A stretch of DNA of 63,212 bases, filler included. It is 10 parts of 10 records of this genome, joined end to end, with 100 filler letters (N's around TTAATTAATTAA, not from the genome) between each part and the next. Parts side by side here need not be neighbours in the genome. Positions count along the whole stretch, not along the records: positions 26,450 to 31,917 come from SRR31156797_48049; positions 32,018 to 39,970 come from SRR31156797_48056; 8 more parts are not named here. One strand, 5' to 3'. Shown here piece by piece: positions 28,881-37,319 of this stretch; the first letter of the stretch is position 1; the number at the start of each line of letters is the position of its first letter. The notes under the pieces are model-generated. The model had not been told where the DNA came from. It saw only the letters and a list, made by a program, of their open reading frames with translations, and did not search any database. The translations under genes were made by a program, and so were the position numbers.

Positions 28881-29108
28881 ATGGCTTCAAAGAAAACGCT
28901 TGCTTCAAGAATGAAAGAGCTCGATGAGATAGTCAGTAAACTTGACAGTGATCCTGAGATAGAAGAAGCAGTGAAACTATATGAAAAAGGTGTGAAAACA
29001 GCAGCATCGATAAGAGAATATCTTGAAGCTGCAAGAACAAAGGTGAGGGTCCTCACAGATTCCGGGGAAAAATCAGTAGAATCTGAAAAACTCGGGAGAA
29101 AGGAGTAA
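28881..29108 (+). CDS. xseB: Exodeoxyribonuclease VII small subunit
   Basis: ELDEIVSKLD...EEAVKLYEKG...L..A..KV; conserved xseB-ispA-dxs order. Confidence 0.88.
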   Translation: MASKKTLASRMKELDEIVSKLDSDPEIEEAVKLYEKGVKTAASIREYLEAARTKVRVLTDSGEKSVESEKLGRKE

Positions 29109-29980
29109 TGTTAAAGGAACTTTTGAGGCGGGAAAAACCGCTTATTGAACAGAAGATGTTCTTTTATCTTGATTCCCTCGATATTCCCGGGGTTCTTCAT
29201 GAGGCAATGCGTTATAGTCTCAGTGCCGGGGGCAAGAGATTGAGACCTTTTCTGGCCATTGCTGTTTCGGGACTTCTTGGTATAGAAAAAGAAATAGTGA
29301 TGCCATATGCCTGTTCTCTTGAATTTATTCATACATACTCTTTGATCCATGATGATCTGCCGGCACTTGATGATGATGACCTTAGACGTGGAAAGCCGAG
29401 CAGTCATAAAGCTTTTGGCGAAGATGTTGCGATCCTTGCAGGGGATGCGCTTAACACGGATGCTTTTTCTGTCCTTTTTAAACACGGTAAAGGAAATTTT
29501 CAAAAAGGTGGCGGTTATTTGGCTGATGCAGTTGGCGGACGAGGAATGGTTCTTGGTCAGGTAAAAGATTGTAAGATCCCCGAAGATGAAAGAACGGTCA
29601 AAGTTCTAAACGATATCAACTATTTCAAGACAGCTAGACTGCTGATGGCCTCAACTGGCGGAGCTGCTGCATGGCTTGATGCAAAAGATGATGTTGTTTG
29701 TGCACTAGATGATTATGGTTTAAATCTGGGCCTTGCTTTTCAGATAGCAGACGATATTCTTGATATAACTTCAAGCACGGAAGAGTTAGGAAAGATAGTT
29801 GGAAGCGACGCTTCTTTAAATAAGGTTACCTATCCTTCTCTTCTTGGGCTGGACGAAGCGCAGAACAAGGCTTTTGAGCATTCACGCAAGGCTATATCTG
29901 CTCTTGAGCTCTTTGAAGACAGCGACTGGAAAAATGTGCTTATTGAGCTTGCTGACTATGTTGTAAGGAGAAAGAAATGA
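29108..29980 (+). CDS. ispA: Farnesyl/geranylgeranyl diphosphate synthase
   Basis: GGKRLRP, HTYSLIHDDLPALDDDDLRRG, FQIADDILD. Confidence 0.93.
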   Translation: MLKELLRREKPLIEQKMFFYLDSLDIPGVLHEAMRYSLSAGGKRLRPFLAIAVSGLLGIEKEIVMPYACSLEFIHTYSLIHDDLPALDDDDLRRGKPSSHKAFGEDVAILAGDALNTDAFSVLFKHGKGNFQKGGGYLADAVGGRGMVLGQVKDCKIPEDERTVKVLNDINYFKTARLLMASTGGAAAWLDAKDDVVCALDDYGLNLGLAFQIADDILDITSSTEELGKIVGSDASLNKVTYPSLLGLDEAQNKAFEHSRKAISALELFEDSDWKNVLIELADYVVRRKK

Positions 29981-31827
29981 TCGAAAAAATAAAGAAGTCA
30001 GACCTTGATGAACTAAGGTTGGTGGCTGATGAAGTGCGTGATATTATTATAGATTCTGTTTCTCAAAACGGGGGGCATCTTGCATCGTCTCTTGGAACTG
30101 TGGAGCTGACTATAGCACTTTTAAAGGTTTTTGATCTTCCAAAAGATAAGTTGATATGGGATGTTGGCCATCAGGCTTATCCACATAAAATTCTTACCGG
30201 AAGAAAAGACCGCTTTAACACGCTTAGATCTCTTAACGGAATATCAGGGTTTCCAAAGATAACAGAATCAAAATATGACTTTTTTGGTACCGGTCACGGT
30301 GGAACTTCAATTTCAGCAGGGCTTGGATATAACGAAGCTGCAAAACTTCAGAAAAAGCACTCAAAAACTATCTCTGTTATAGGTGACGGTGCAATGACAA
30401 GCGGGCTTGCTCTTGAAGCGATGAACAATGTTGCTGAATACGGAAAGAACACAATAACGATCCTCAATGACAACGACATGTTCATCTCAACGTCTGTCGG
30501 GTCACTATCAAAATGGTTCAGCAGAAAATTGTCAGGTCAGGGATATTCAATGGCAAGGAAAGAGATCAAACAGATGCTTTCTAAATTGCCGTCCTTTTTT
30601 CATGGAGACAAGATAGTTGAAATAATAAGAAAGGCACTTAACTCTTCAAAATCATTGCTGACTCCGGGGATTCTGTTTGAAGGCTTCGGGTATCAGTATG
30701 TTGGTCCGATCGATGGGCACAATATTGAAGAGCTTGTTGAAACTCTGGAAGATATAAGATCAAATAACGAGCCTGTGCTTTTGCATGTTCAGACAGTTAA
30801 AGGCAAAGGTTTTAAGCATTCTGAAACTAATCCGAGAAAATTTCACGGAGTAGGTCCTTTTGATATTGAAACGGGTGAAACAAAGTCGTCATCTTCATCA
30901 TTTACAGGCTACCTTTCAGGTTATTTGCCAAGACTTTTTAGAAGAGATCGTTCACTTGTAGCAATTACTGCCGCAATGCCTGATGGAACAGGTTTGAGCA
31001 AACTTCAAAAAGTTTTTCCTGATCGAGTTTATGATGTCGGAATGTCTGAAGGTCACGCTGTCACTTTTGCCGGTGGACTTGCGGCTGGCGGTTTAAGACC
31101 AATGGTTGCGATCTATTCTACTTTCCTGCAAAGGGCGCTTGATAATATTATTCATGATGTTGCGCTTCAAAAACTGCCTGTTATCTTTCTTGCAGATCGC
31201 GCAGGACTTGTTGGAGAAGACGGTGCGACACATCATGGTCTTTTTGATATCTCATACTTTAGAATGGTTCCCAATATGGTTGTCATGGCTCCAAAAGATG
31301 AGCATGAAATGGCAAGAATGATAGAAATGGCAGTTGAATATAAAGATGGTCCGGTAGTGATAAGATATCCTCGTGGCGGAGGCCAGGGCAAGAAGCTTTA
31401 TAGCAGGATGAAACCTGTGAAGTTTGGAGCTGGTGAGGTTCTAAATCGTGGAAAGGAAAAACTGATGATCGTATCAGTGGGAATTATGACAGTGACAGCA
31501 GAAGAAGCTGTTAAGAAACTCGAAAAACAGGGTGTTTCTGTCTATCATTATGATCTTAAGTTTATAAAACCGCTTCCAGCTGAACTCTTTGATATTATTA
31601 AGAAAAAGAAGGTTGATAAGATCGTCACAATTGAAGAAGGCGTTATTGCCGGAGGTGCCGGATCTGCTATTCTTGAAGAACTTAGTGCCAGAGATATGGA
31701 CGTTAAATGTCGCCTGATCGGTGTTGATGATACATTCTCAACTCATGGAGCTCAGGATAAACTCAGGAAGAAAGAAGGGCTCACTTCGGCTAAGTTAGTT
31801 TCAACTGTAAAAAAGATGCTTAAATGA
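29977..31827 (+). CDS. dxs: 1-deoxy-D-xylulose-5-phosphate synthase
   Basis: GGHLASSLG, WDVGHQAYPHK, GDGAMT, YSTFLQRA, DGATHHG, IRYPRG. Confidence 0.97.
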   Translation: MIEKIKKSDLDELRLVADEVRDIIIDSVSQNGGHLASSLGTVELTIALLKVFDLPKDKLIWDVGHQAYPHKILTGRKDRFNTLRSLNGISGFPKITESKYDFFGTGHGGTSISAGLGYNEAAKLQKKHSKTISVIGDGAMTSGLALEAMNNVAEYGKNTITILNDNDMFISTSVGSLSKWFSRKLSGQGYSMARKEIKQMLSKLPSFFHGDKIVEIIRKALNSSKSLLTPGILFEGFGYQYVGPIDGHNIEELVETLEDIRSNNEPVLLHVQTVKGKGFKHSETNPRKFHGVGPFDIETGETKSSSSSFTGYLSGYLPRLFRRDRSLVAITAAMPDGTGLSKLQKVFPDRVYDVGMSEGHAVTFAGGLAAGGLRPMVAIYSTFLQRALDNIIHDVALQKLPVIFLADRAGLVGEDGATHHGLFDISYFRMVPNMVVMAPKDEHEMARMIEMAVEYKDGPVVIRYPRGGGQGKKLYSRMKPVKFGAGEVLNRGKEKLMIVSVGIMTVTAEEAVKKLEKQGVSVYHYDLKFIKPLPAELFDIIKKKKVDKIVTIEEGVIAGGAGSAILEELSARDMDVKCRLIGVDDTFSTHGAQDKLRKKEGLTSAKLVSTVKKMLK

Positions 31828-31917
31828 AAAGATCTCGTGAAATAACATTAGGAAACATCAAGATCGGGGGGAACAATCCTCCTGTTATCCAGACGATGAT
31901 AACAACTCCCCTTGAAA
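31824..31917 (+). CDS. ispG: HMBPP synthase IspG, N-terminal fragment
   Basis: MKRSREITLGNIKIGGNNPPVIQTMITT; ATGA overlap with dxs. Confidence 0.8.
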
Positions 31918-32037
31918 NNNNNNNNNNNNNNNNNNNNNNNNNNNNNNNNNNNNNNNNNNNNTTAATTAATTAANNNNNNNNNNNNNNNNNNNNNNNNNNN
32001 NNNNNNNNNNNNNNNNNGAAGCCTAATAAAAGGTTTT

Positions 32038-32081
32038 GGGATTCTTACCCACTTTGCAAAAGGGGGTAAGCCGCCGGAGGC
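32038..32081 (-). repeat. REP-like palindromic element, copy 1
   Basis: GCCTCCGGCGGC-hairpin-GAATCCC on the minus strand. Confidence 0.65.
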
Positions 32082-32141
32082 AAACAATTCGTAATTATTG
32101 CGACTGTAAAGTCAAGCGACATTTGGGCCGCCAAAAGATGA

Positions 32142-32171
32142 AGGCCGCTGGGAAATTCTTCCAAGCGGCCT
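32142..32171 (-). terminator. Probable terminator after cmk
   Basis: AGGCCGCTGGGAA/TTCCAAGCGGCCT stem. Confidence 0.55.
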
Positions 32172-32198
32172 AAAATATTCGTATTTGCGTTTTCGTTT

Positions 32199-32870
32199 CT
32201 ATTTAACTTTTTTTTCGGTTTCGAAAACAAGCTTGTCGAAAACACCGTTGATATCAAGATGGGTGGTGTCCACAAGGATGGAATCTTCAGCAGGCTTAAG
32301 CGGTGCTACCTTGCGGTTGCGGTCCTGATCGTCGCGGGCAGCGATTTGTTCGATCAGTTCTGCCATGTCTGCGGGCTTGCCCATATCCTTAAGCTGTTCG
32401 AAACGCCTGCGGGCGCGTTCTTCAAGATCAGCATCAAGGAAGAACTTGCATGGTGCTTGCGGGAAAATGACAGTGCCCATGTCGCGGCCTTCGGCAATGA
32501 GGGAAGTTGTCTCGCCGATCGCACGCTGAGCTATTTTCTGGTATTCGCGCACCGCCGGAATTTTAGCCATGTTGGAGGCCCACATACCTACGGTTTCGGT
32601 ACGGATTTCATCAGTGAGCGGAGTTCCGTTCAGGCTGAGGGTGGAATTGGAGCCGCTGCCGGAAAGGGTGAATTTTAGCCCCTCGAGTGCTACTGCAAGC
32701 TTGTCTGCATCCCAGTCCCAAGAGCTTTCTCCCAATTTCCATGCTGTACCCCGGAACATGGCTCCGGTATCGAGATAGGCGATCTTAAAGCGGTCAGCCA
32801 GTCGCTTGGCAAGGGTGGATTTTCCAACGCCAGCGGGGCCGTCCAAGGTTATAATAAAAGGTGTGTCCAT
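32199..32870 (-). CDS. cmk: Cytidylate kinase
   Basis: ITLDGPAGVGKST, YLDTGAMFR, EGRDMGTVIFP, RDDQDRNR.VAPL. Confidence 0.96.
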   Translation of the reverse strand: MDTPFIITLDGPAGVGKSTLAKRLADRFKIAYLDTGAMFRGTAWKLGESSWDWDADKLAVALEGLKFTLSGSGSNSTLSLNGTPLTDEIRTETVGMWASNMAKIPAVREYQKIAQRAIGETTSLIAEGRDMGTVIFPQAPCKFFLDADLEERARRRFEQLKDMGKPADMAELIEQIAARDDQDRNRKVAPLKPAEDSILVDTTHLDINGVFDKLVFETEKKVK

Positions 32871-33979
32871 TAAAGGACCTCCTTAAGTGTTTCTAAGAAA
32901 ACTTTGTTCTCGTGGTCAGTACCCATGTTGACCCGGATGTATTTGCCAAGGCCGAAGCTTTTCAGCGGGCGGACAATTATGCCCCGTTTGAGGAGTTTCT
33001 CAAAAACTCCCATAGCGTCTTCTTCAGAAGCGTTGGGGCCGGGCTTGAACATAATGAAGTTGGCTTGGGAATCAAGTACTTCACAGCCCATTTTGCGGAT
33101 TTCTGTGGTGAAAAGTTCACGACCGCGCAGGACTACATCCATGGTGGTTTCAAAAAATGCTTCATCCTCCAGCACGGCAATGGCAGCTTCTTCGGCCAGC
33201 AGGTTCACGGTAAAGGGTGCGCGGGCGCTTTTGATGTAATCGGCAAGCTGCTTGCTCATAATGCCGTAGCCAATGCGCAGGCCGGCCAGCCCATAAGCTT
33301 TGGAGAAGGTGCGGGTCAGCACGATGTTGGGAAATTCGTTCAGCAGGGTGCGCATGTCGTATTTTTCTGCCGGACGGGCAAATTCGATATACGCTTCATC
33401 AATTACCAGCAGAGTCTGTTCGGGGATGGATGCTGCTATTTCACGCACTTCATCAACAGTCACAGCCAAACCGGTGGGGTTGTCCGGTGAGGTCATGAAG
33501 ACGATCGCGGTTTTTTCGGTGACAGCTTCGGTTAATGCTTTGAGGGGCTGTTTGTGACCCTTATCGCGGGGTACCTGACGAAAGTTGATGGCGCAGAGGT
33601 GGGACATGAGCCGGTACATGCTGAAGCAGGATTCGTAGGTCAGCACTTCATCCTGTCCGGGATTGGCCTTGATACGTACCAGCAGGTCGAGAATCTCATC
33701 CGAGCCGTTACCGCTGATAATCTGCTCTTCGGAAACACCTGTACGTTTGGCGATAGCAGCGTTCAAGCGAGGGTTTCCGTTATGCGGGTAGCGGAAAACC
33801 GAGGGGGCGTGGCGGTTAATGGCTTTCTGAGCCATGGGAGATGCGCCCAGTGGATTTTCGTTGCTGGCGAGTTTGATGACGGTGTCGAGGCCGTATTTCT
33901 CTTTGATTTCCTCGATGGTCAGGCCCGGTGCGTAGGGCTTTGAATCCATCATATCAGAACGGACTTTGATGGCGGACAT
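32870..33979 (-). CDS. hisC: Histidinol-phosphate aminotransferase
   Basis: KLASNENPLG, GNGSDE, PDNPTG, DEAYIEF, RTFSKAYGLAGLRIGY. Confidence 0.95.
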   Translation of the reverse strand: MSAIKVRSDMMDSKPYAPGLTIEEIKEKYGLDTVIKLASNENPLGASPMAQKAINRHAPSVFRYPHNGNPRLNAAIAKRTGVSEEQIISGNGSDEILDLLVRIKANPGQDEVLTYESCFSMYRLMSHLCAINFRQVPRDKGHKQPLKALTEAVTEKTAIVFMTSPDNPTGLAVTVDEVREIAASIPEQTLLVIDEAYIEFARPAEKYDMRTLLNEFPNIVLTRTFSKAYGLAGLRIGYGIMSKQLADYIKSARAPFTVNLLAEEAAIAVLEDEAFFETTMDVVLRGRELFTTEIRKMGCEVLDSQANFIMFKPGPNASEEDAMGVFEKLLKRGIIVRPLKSFGLGKYIRVNMGTDHENKVFLETLKEVL

Positions 33980-34040
33980 GCTGGTTCCTCTATAGATGCG
34001 ATTGATTATGATGCGCTGCGCGCTTTTGATCTTTTATTTT

Positions 34041-34079
34041 GCCTCCGGCGGCCAAAGGAGCAAGCCCCTTTGGAATCCC
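34041..34079 (+). repeat. REP-like palindromic element, copy 2
   Basis: GCCTCCGGCGGC-CAAAGG..CCTTTG-GAATCCC. Confidence 0.65.
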
Positions 34080-34244
34080 TGACGGACTCCGCTCTTGGCG
34101 TAATAAAAACAGGGACAAATTAAAAGGAAGGTCCGGTTTTATTAGTTTGGAACAGGGAGTTTGTCAAAATTCCTGTTATTGACAGACTATGCTCATGCAA
34201 GTACTGGTTTTGCTTGTACATGCAAGTTATTTTAAGGAGATTTT

Positions 34245-34295
34245 ATGTTTATGAGATCATTGGAGAATGTGCCGCAAGTTGCCGACAAAAGGTAG
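34245..34295 (+). CDS. Candidate leader peptide (MFMRSLENVPQVADKR)
   Basis: Strong AAGGAG RBS just upstream, TTGACA at ~34179, followed by a structured leader before rsgA. Confidence 0.45.
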   Translation: MFMRSLENVPQVADKR

Positions 34296-34619
34296 TGAGC
34301 TGGTAACAGAATGATCTGGTTCTGCCTTAGCAGAACATTCTTATTCTTTCTGAGGAGCTTTTCTGTTTCCTTTCCGGCTTACGCCGTACCGGAACTCTAT
34401 TTTGAGTTTCGCCTCTATTGTTGTTCCCAATTTTTGTCGGTGACATACCATAATCTGCGATTCATGACCCATATGTATCGTTCTGGTTGTTGTACAAGTT
34501 TATCTTTTGGATTTGTCCTTGGCCGGAAGAGATATATTCAAGTGAACGTTCCTGAGTCATGGTGGTTTAGCTCGCGTTGAACTGTCATGTTTCAGGTTAG
34601 CTATAAATGGTAGCACCAA

Positions 34620-35735
34620 ATGAAAAGTATTTTAGAATTAAGAGAAAATTCATCAAATCAAACAAAGCTTAAAGGCATGGGCTGGTCTGATCCATTTCAG
34701 GAAATAGTCAGTGACACAAATATTCCCGCAAGAGTTGTCAGTGTGAATAAAGATTTATTTCATGTGAGTCAGGGAGATGAGGATATACAGGTCTCGCTTT
34801 CCGGGAAAGTTCGTCACAATGCGGGGGGAGCGGATTCAGAAGATTGTTTTCCTGTTATCGGTGATTGGGTACTTGTAAGGGATTCAGTGATCACCAAGGT
34901 TTTGCTTCGGCGCAATGCTCTTTCGCGTGGTGCAGCCGGGGGACGCGGCAAAGGTAATGGTATTGCAATGAAAGAGCAGGTCATGGCTGCCAATCTGGAT
35001 ACGGTGTTCATTGTTTGCGGTTTGGACCGCGATTACAATGTCCGCCGTATCGAGCGTTATCTGACTTTGGTTTACAACTGCAATTTGTCGCCAGTAATCG
35101 TGCTGACCAAGGCGGACCTGCACGATGATCCGCTGGGTTGTGTGAATGAGGTTGAATCCATTGCTTTCGGTATTCCTGTCCATCTTGTGTCCGTTGATGA
35201 TGAAAGCGGGGTTTTGGAGCTGGAGCAGTACCTGTCTTCAGGGAAGACCGCTACCATGATCGGTTCGTCCGGGGCCGGTAAATCTACGCTCTTAAACAGG
35301 CTTTACGGTAATTCTGTTCAGAAAACGAGTGCAGTTAGTCAGAGTGTGGGCAAAGGCAGACATACAACAACGGGGCGTGATTTGATTGCTATGCCTCAAG
35401 GTGGATTGCTGATAGATAATCCGGGGATTCGTGAAATTGCGTTCTATTCCGAAGACGGAGGAGTCGAAGGTTCCTTTGCAGATATTGAGGATTATGCCCG
35501 CTATTGCCGGTTTTCGGATTGCGATCATTTGAATGATCCCGGCTGTAACGTGCTGCAGACCGTAGCGAGTGGGAATCTTTCTGCGGAAAGATTAGAAAGT
35601 TATCGTAAAATGAAACGAGAGCTTGATTATGTCTCACAGCGACAGCACAAAACTGCTGACCGGGTCGAAAAAGAACGTTGGCGTGATGTTGCCTTGCATA
35701 TAAAAGCGATAAAGAAAACACGGAAAAAGAGTTAA
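34620..35735 (+). CDS. rsgA: Ribosome small subunit-dependent GTPase A
   Basis: Circularly permuted G motifs TKAD, GSSGAGKSTL, GRHTTT, DNPGIRE; Zn site CRFSDCDHLNDPGC. Confidence 0.93.
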   Translation: MKSILELRENSSNQTKLKGMGWSDPFQEIVSDTNIPARVVSVNKDLFHVSQGDEDIQVSLSGKVRHNAGGADSEDCFPVIGDWVLVRDSVITKVLLRRNALSRGAAGGRGKGNGIAMKEQVMAANLDTVFIVCGLDRDYNVRRIERYLTLVYNCNLSPVIVLTKADLHDDPLGCVNEVESIAFGIPVHLVSVDDESGVLELEQYLSSGKTATMIGSSGAGKSTLLNRLYGNSVQKTSAVSQSVGKGRHTTTGRDLIAMPQGGLLIDNPGIREIAFYSEDGGVEGSFADIEDYARYCRFSDCDHLNDPGCNVLQTVASGNLSAERLESYRKMKRELDYVSQRQHKTADRVEKERWRDVALHIKAIKKTRKKS

Positions 35736-35741
35736 GAAACT

Positions 35742-35777
35742 TAGCCCCCCGTCCATGGCTAGACGGGGGGCTTTTTG
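35742..35777 (+). terminator. Rho-independent terminator after rsgA
   Basis: AGCCCCCCGTC-loop-GACGGGGGGCT-TTTT. Confidence 0.85.
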
Positions 35778-35839
35778 AGGTTAGTGAGGTCGACCTTCAG
35801 ACCGGGGTGATGATCTTCAGGTCCGTTATGAGGTTATTC

Positions 35840-36280
35840 CTAGGAGGGTCTAACAGTTAGAACAGGACTCTTGGCGGACTTAACCACCTTTTCTGCTACG
35901 GAACCGAACAGGATGCGGTCAATGCCCGCACGTCCATGGGTACCCATGACGATCATGTCTGCGTTTTCACTTTCGGCGATGGCGAGAATTTCCTCAGCTG
36001 CATAACCTGTGACAACCTTACCGTCGGCAGCTACATCCTTGAAGTTTTCAGTGATGAAAGTCGCCATTGTGGAATCTGCGCCGGTTACAATTTCACCAAC
36101 AAAGTTTTCAATGGAACTGGGCGGTACATGGAAGCCCACGTACTGATCTAGTGAAGGTGCCACGTATAGGCAGATAATATCAGCTCCGAGCGTCTTTGCA
36201 AGTGTGCTTGCGTATTCCGCTACAACGGGGCTGTGATCCGAAAAGTCCACTGCACAGAGTATCTTCTTGATTTCAGCCAT
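35840..36280 (-). CDS. Universal stress protein
   Basis: KILCAVDFS, MIVMGTHGR.G..RILFGSVAEKVV...PVLTVR. Confidence 0.95.
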   Translation of the reverse strand: MAEIKKILCAVDFSDHSPVVAEYASTLAKTLGADIICLYVAPSLDQYVGFHVPPSSIENFVGEIVTGADSTMATFITENFKDVAADGKVVTGYAAEEILAIAESENADMIVMGTHGRAGIDRILFGSVAEKVVKSAKSPVLTVRPS

Positions 36281-36486
36281 ATCCTACCTCCATAATTCAA
36301 GGGTTGTGCATGGAAAAGAAAGTGCATTTCTAAAATTCTTACTTCTAATATTATCTGATAACTGCCGCCATGGACAAGCTTTTTCTTATACTTTATCCTG
36401 CAAGAGGAAAAAATGTCTTGCTGTACTTGAATTTGAGCAGAATGAGGCAGTATTTTCCGAGTATTTAATATTTCTAAAGTTAGTTA

Positions 36487-36531
36487 AATCAGTATGTTGG
36501 TTAGAATCTTAAGCTTTGGCAAGGTCATTGC
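36487..36531 (+). promoter_or_regulatory. IHF-like site plus sigma54 promoter
   Basis: AATCAGTATGTTG (36487-36499) and TGGCAAGGTCATTGC (36517-36531, GG-N10-GC). Confidence 0.7.
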
Positions 36532-36568
36532 ATGGTAAAGGGTGAAACCAAAGGCTGAGGAGTAAAAT

Positions 36569-37057
36569 ATGAAGATAAGTCCTGAACAGATTGAAGCCTT
36601 AAAGCTGCAACAGCAGCAGGAAAATAAGGCAAAGAAGGTTGACGGGGCAGCGTTCGGCGAATTCCTTAATCAGGAAGTTCAGCAGGGTGCAGCGCAGCAA
36701 AATGGCGCAGCATCAGCACCGCCGGTGCCGGGTCTTCAGGTCAATCCCCTGTTGCAGGTGCAGCAGGCCTCTCAAGTTCAGCAGACCTCTCAGGTCAGCG
36801 AAAGTGAGTTTGTCGGCAAGGTGGAAGACCTTTTCGGAAAGCTTGAAAGCTATGCCCAGCAGCTCGGTTCCTCTGGTGAGGGCGGGTTGAAACAGGCCTA
36901 TTCGACTCTTGAAGGTATTCAAGGTGGAGTTGAGTCCCTCAAGAAGGATTGGCCCGGCGTGCAAAGCGAGAATCCGGAACTCGGTTCCATCGTATCCGAA
37001 CTGGAAACCGTGGCCGTGACCGAACAGATCAAATTTAACCGGGGAGACTACGTGTAG
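36569..37057 (+). CDS. Hypothetical Q-rich helical protein, possibly in the flagellar regulon
   Basis: GAGGAG RBS, sigma54 promoter, own terminator, C-terminal KFNRGDYV. Confidence 0.75.
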   Translation: MKISPEQIEALKLQQQQENKAKKVDGAAFGEFLNQEVQQGAAQQNGAASAPPVPGLQVNPLLQVQQASQVQQTSQVSESEFVGKVEDLFGKLESYAQQLGSSGEGGLKQAYSTLEGIQGGVESLKKDWPGVQSENPELGSIVSELETVAVTEQIKFNRGDYV

Positions 37058-37099
37058 TCGCTCATGCGTTATCTCCCCGCGTAAGATCATTTCTTACGC

Positions 37100-37139
37100 G
37101 AAAAAGCCGCTTATCCTTTTGAGGGTAGGCGGCTTTTTT
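37100..37139. terminator. Bidirectional Rho-independent terminator
   Basis: AAAAAGCCGCTTATCC/GGGTAGGCGGCTTTTTT. Confidence 0.85.
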
Positions 37140-37258
37140 AGTGTATGTTGATCGATAACTGACATGTGCACTGTTCGTTAACTGTCGGTGTTATTTGAGT
37201 TGTCTATACAGAGTGATGTAAATTATTCATGATCTTTAACATAGATTGCCGGAGCCAA

Positions 37259-37297
37259 TAAAGAAGCCCCCTGCTTCTTACGAAGCAGGGGGCTTTC
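37259..37297 (-). terminator. Terminator after dsrP
   Basis: AAGCCCCCTGCTTC-TTAC-GAAGCAGGGGGCTT. Confidence 0.85.
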
Positions 37298-37319
37298 AAT
37301 TTCGGTAAACCGATGCTGA

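Noticed and set aside
34311-34580. 89-aa ORF upstream of rsgA
   Set aside because: No clear RBS or family motif; better explained as structured leader sequence
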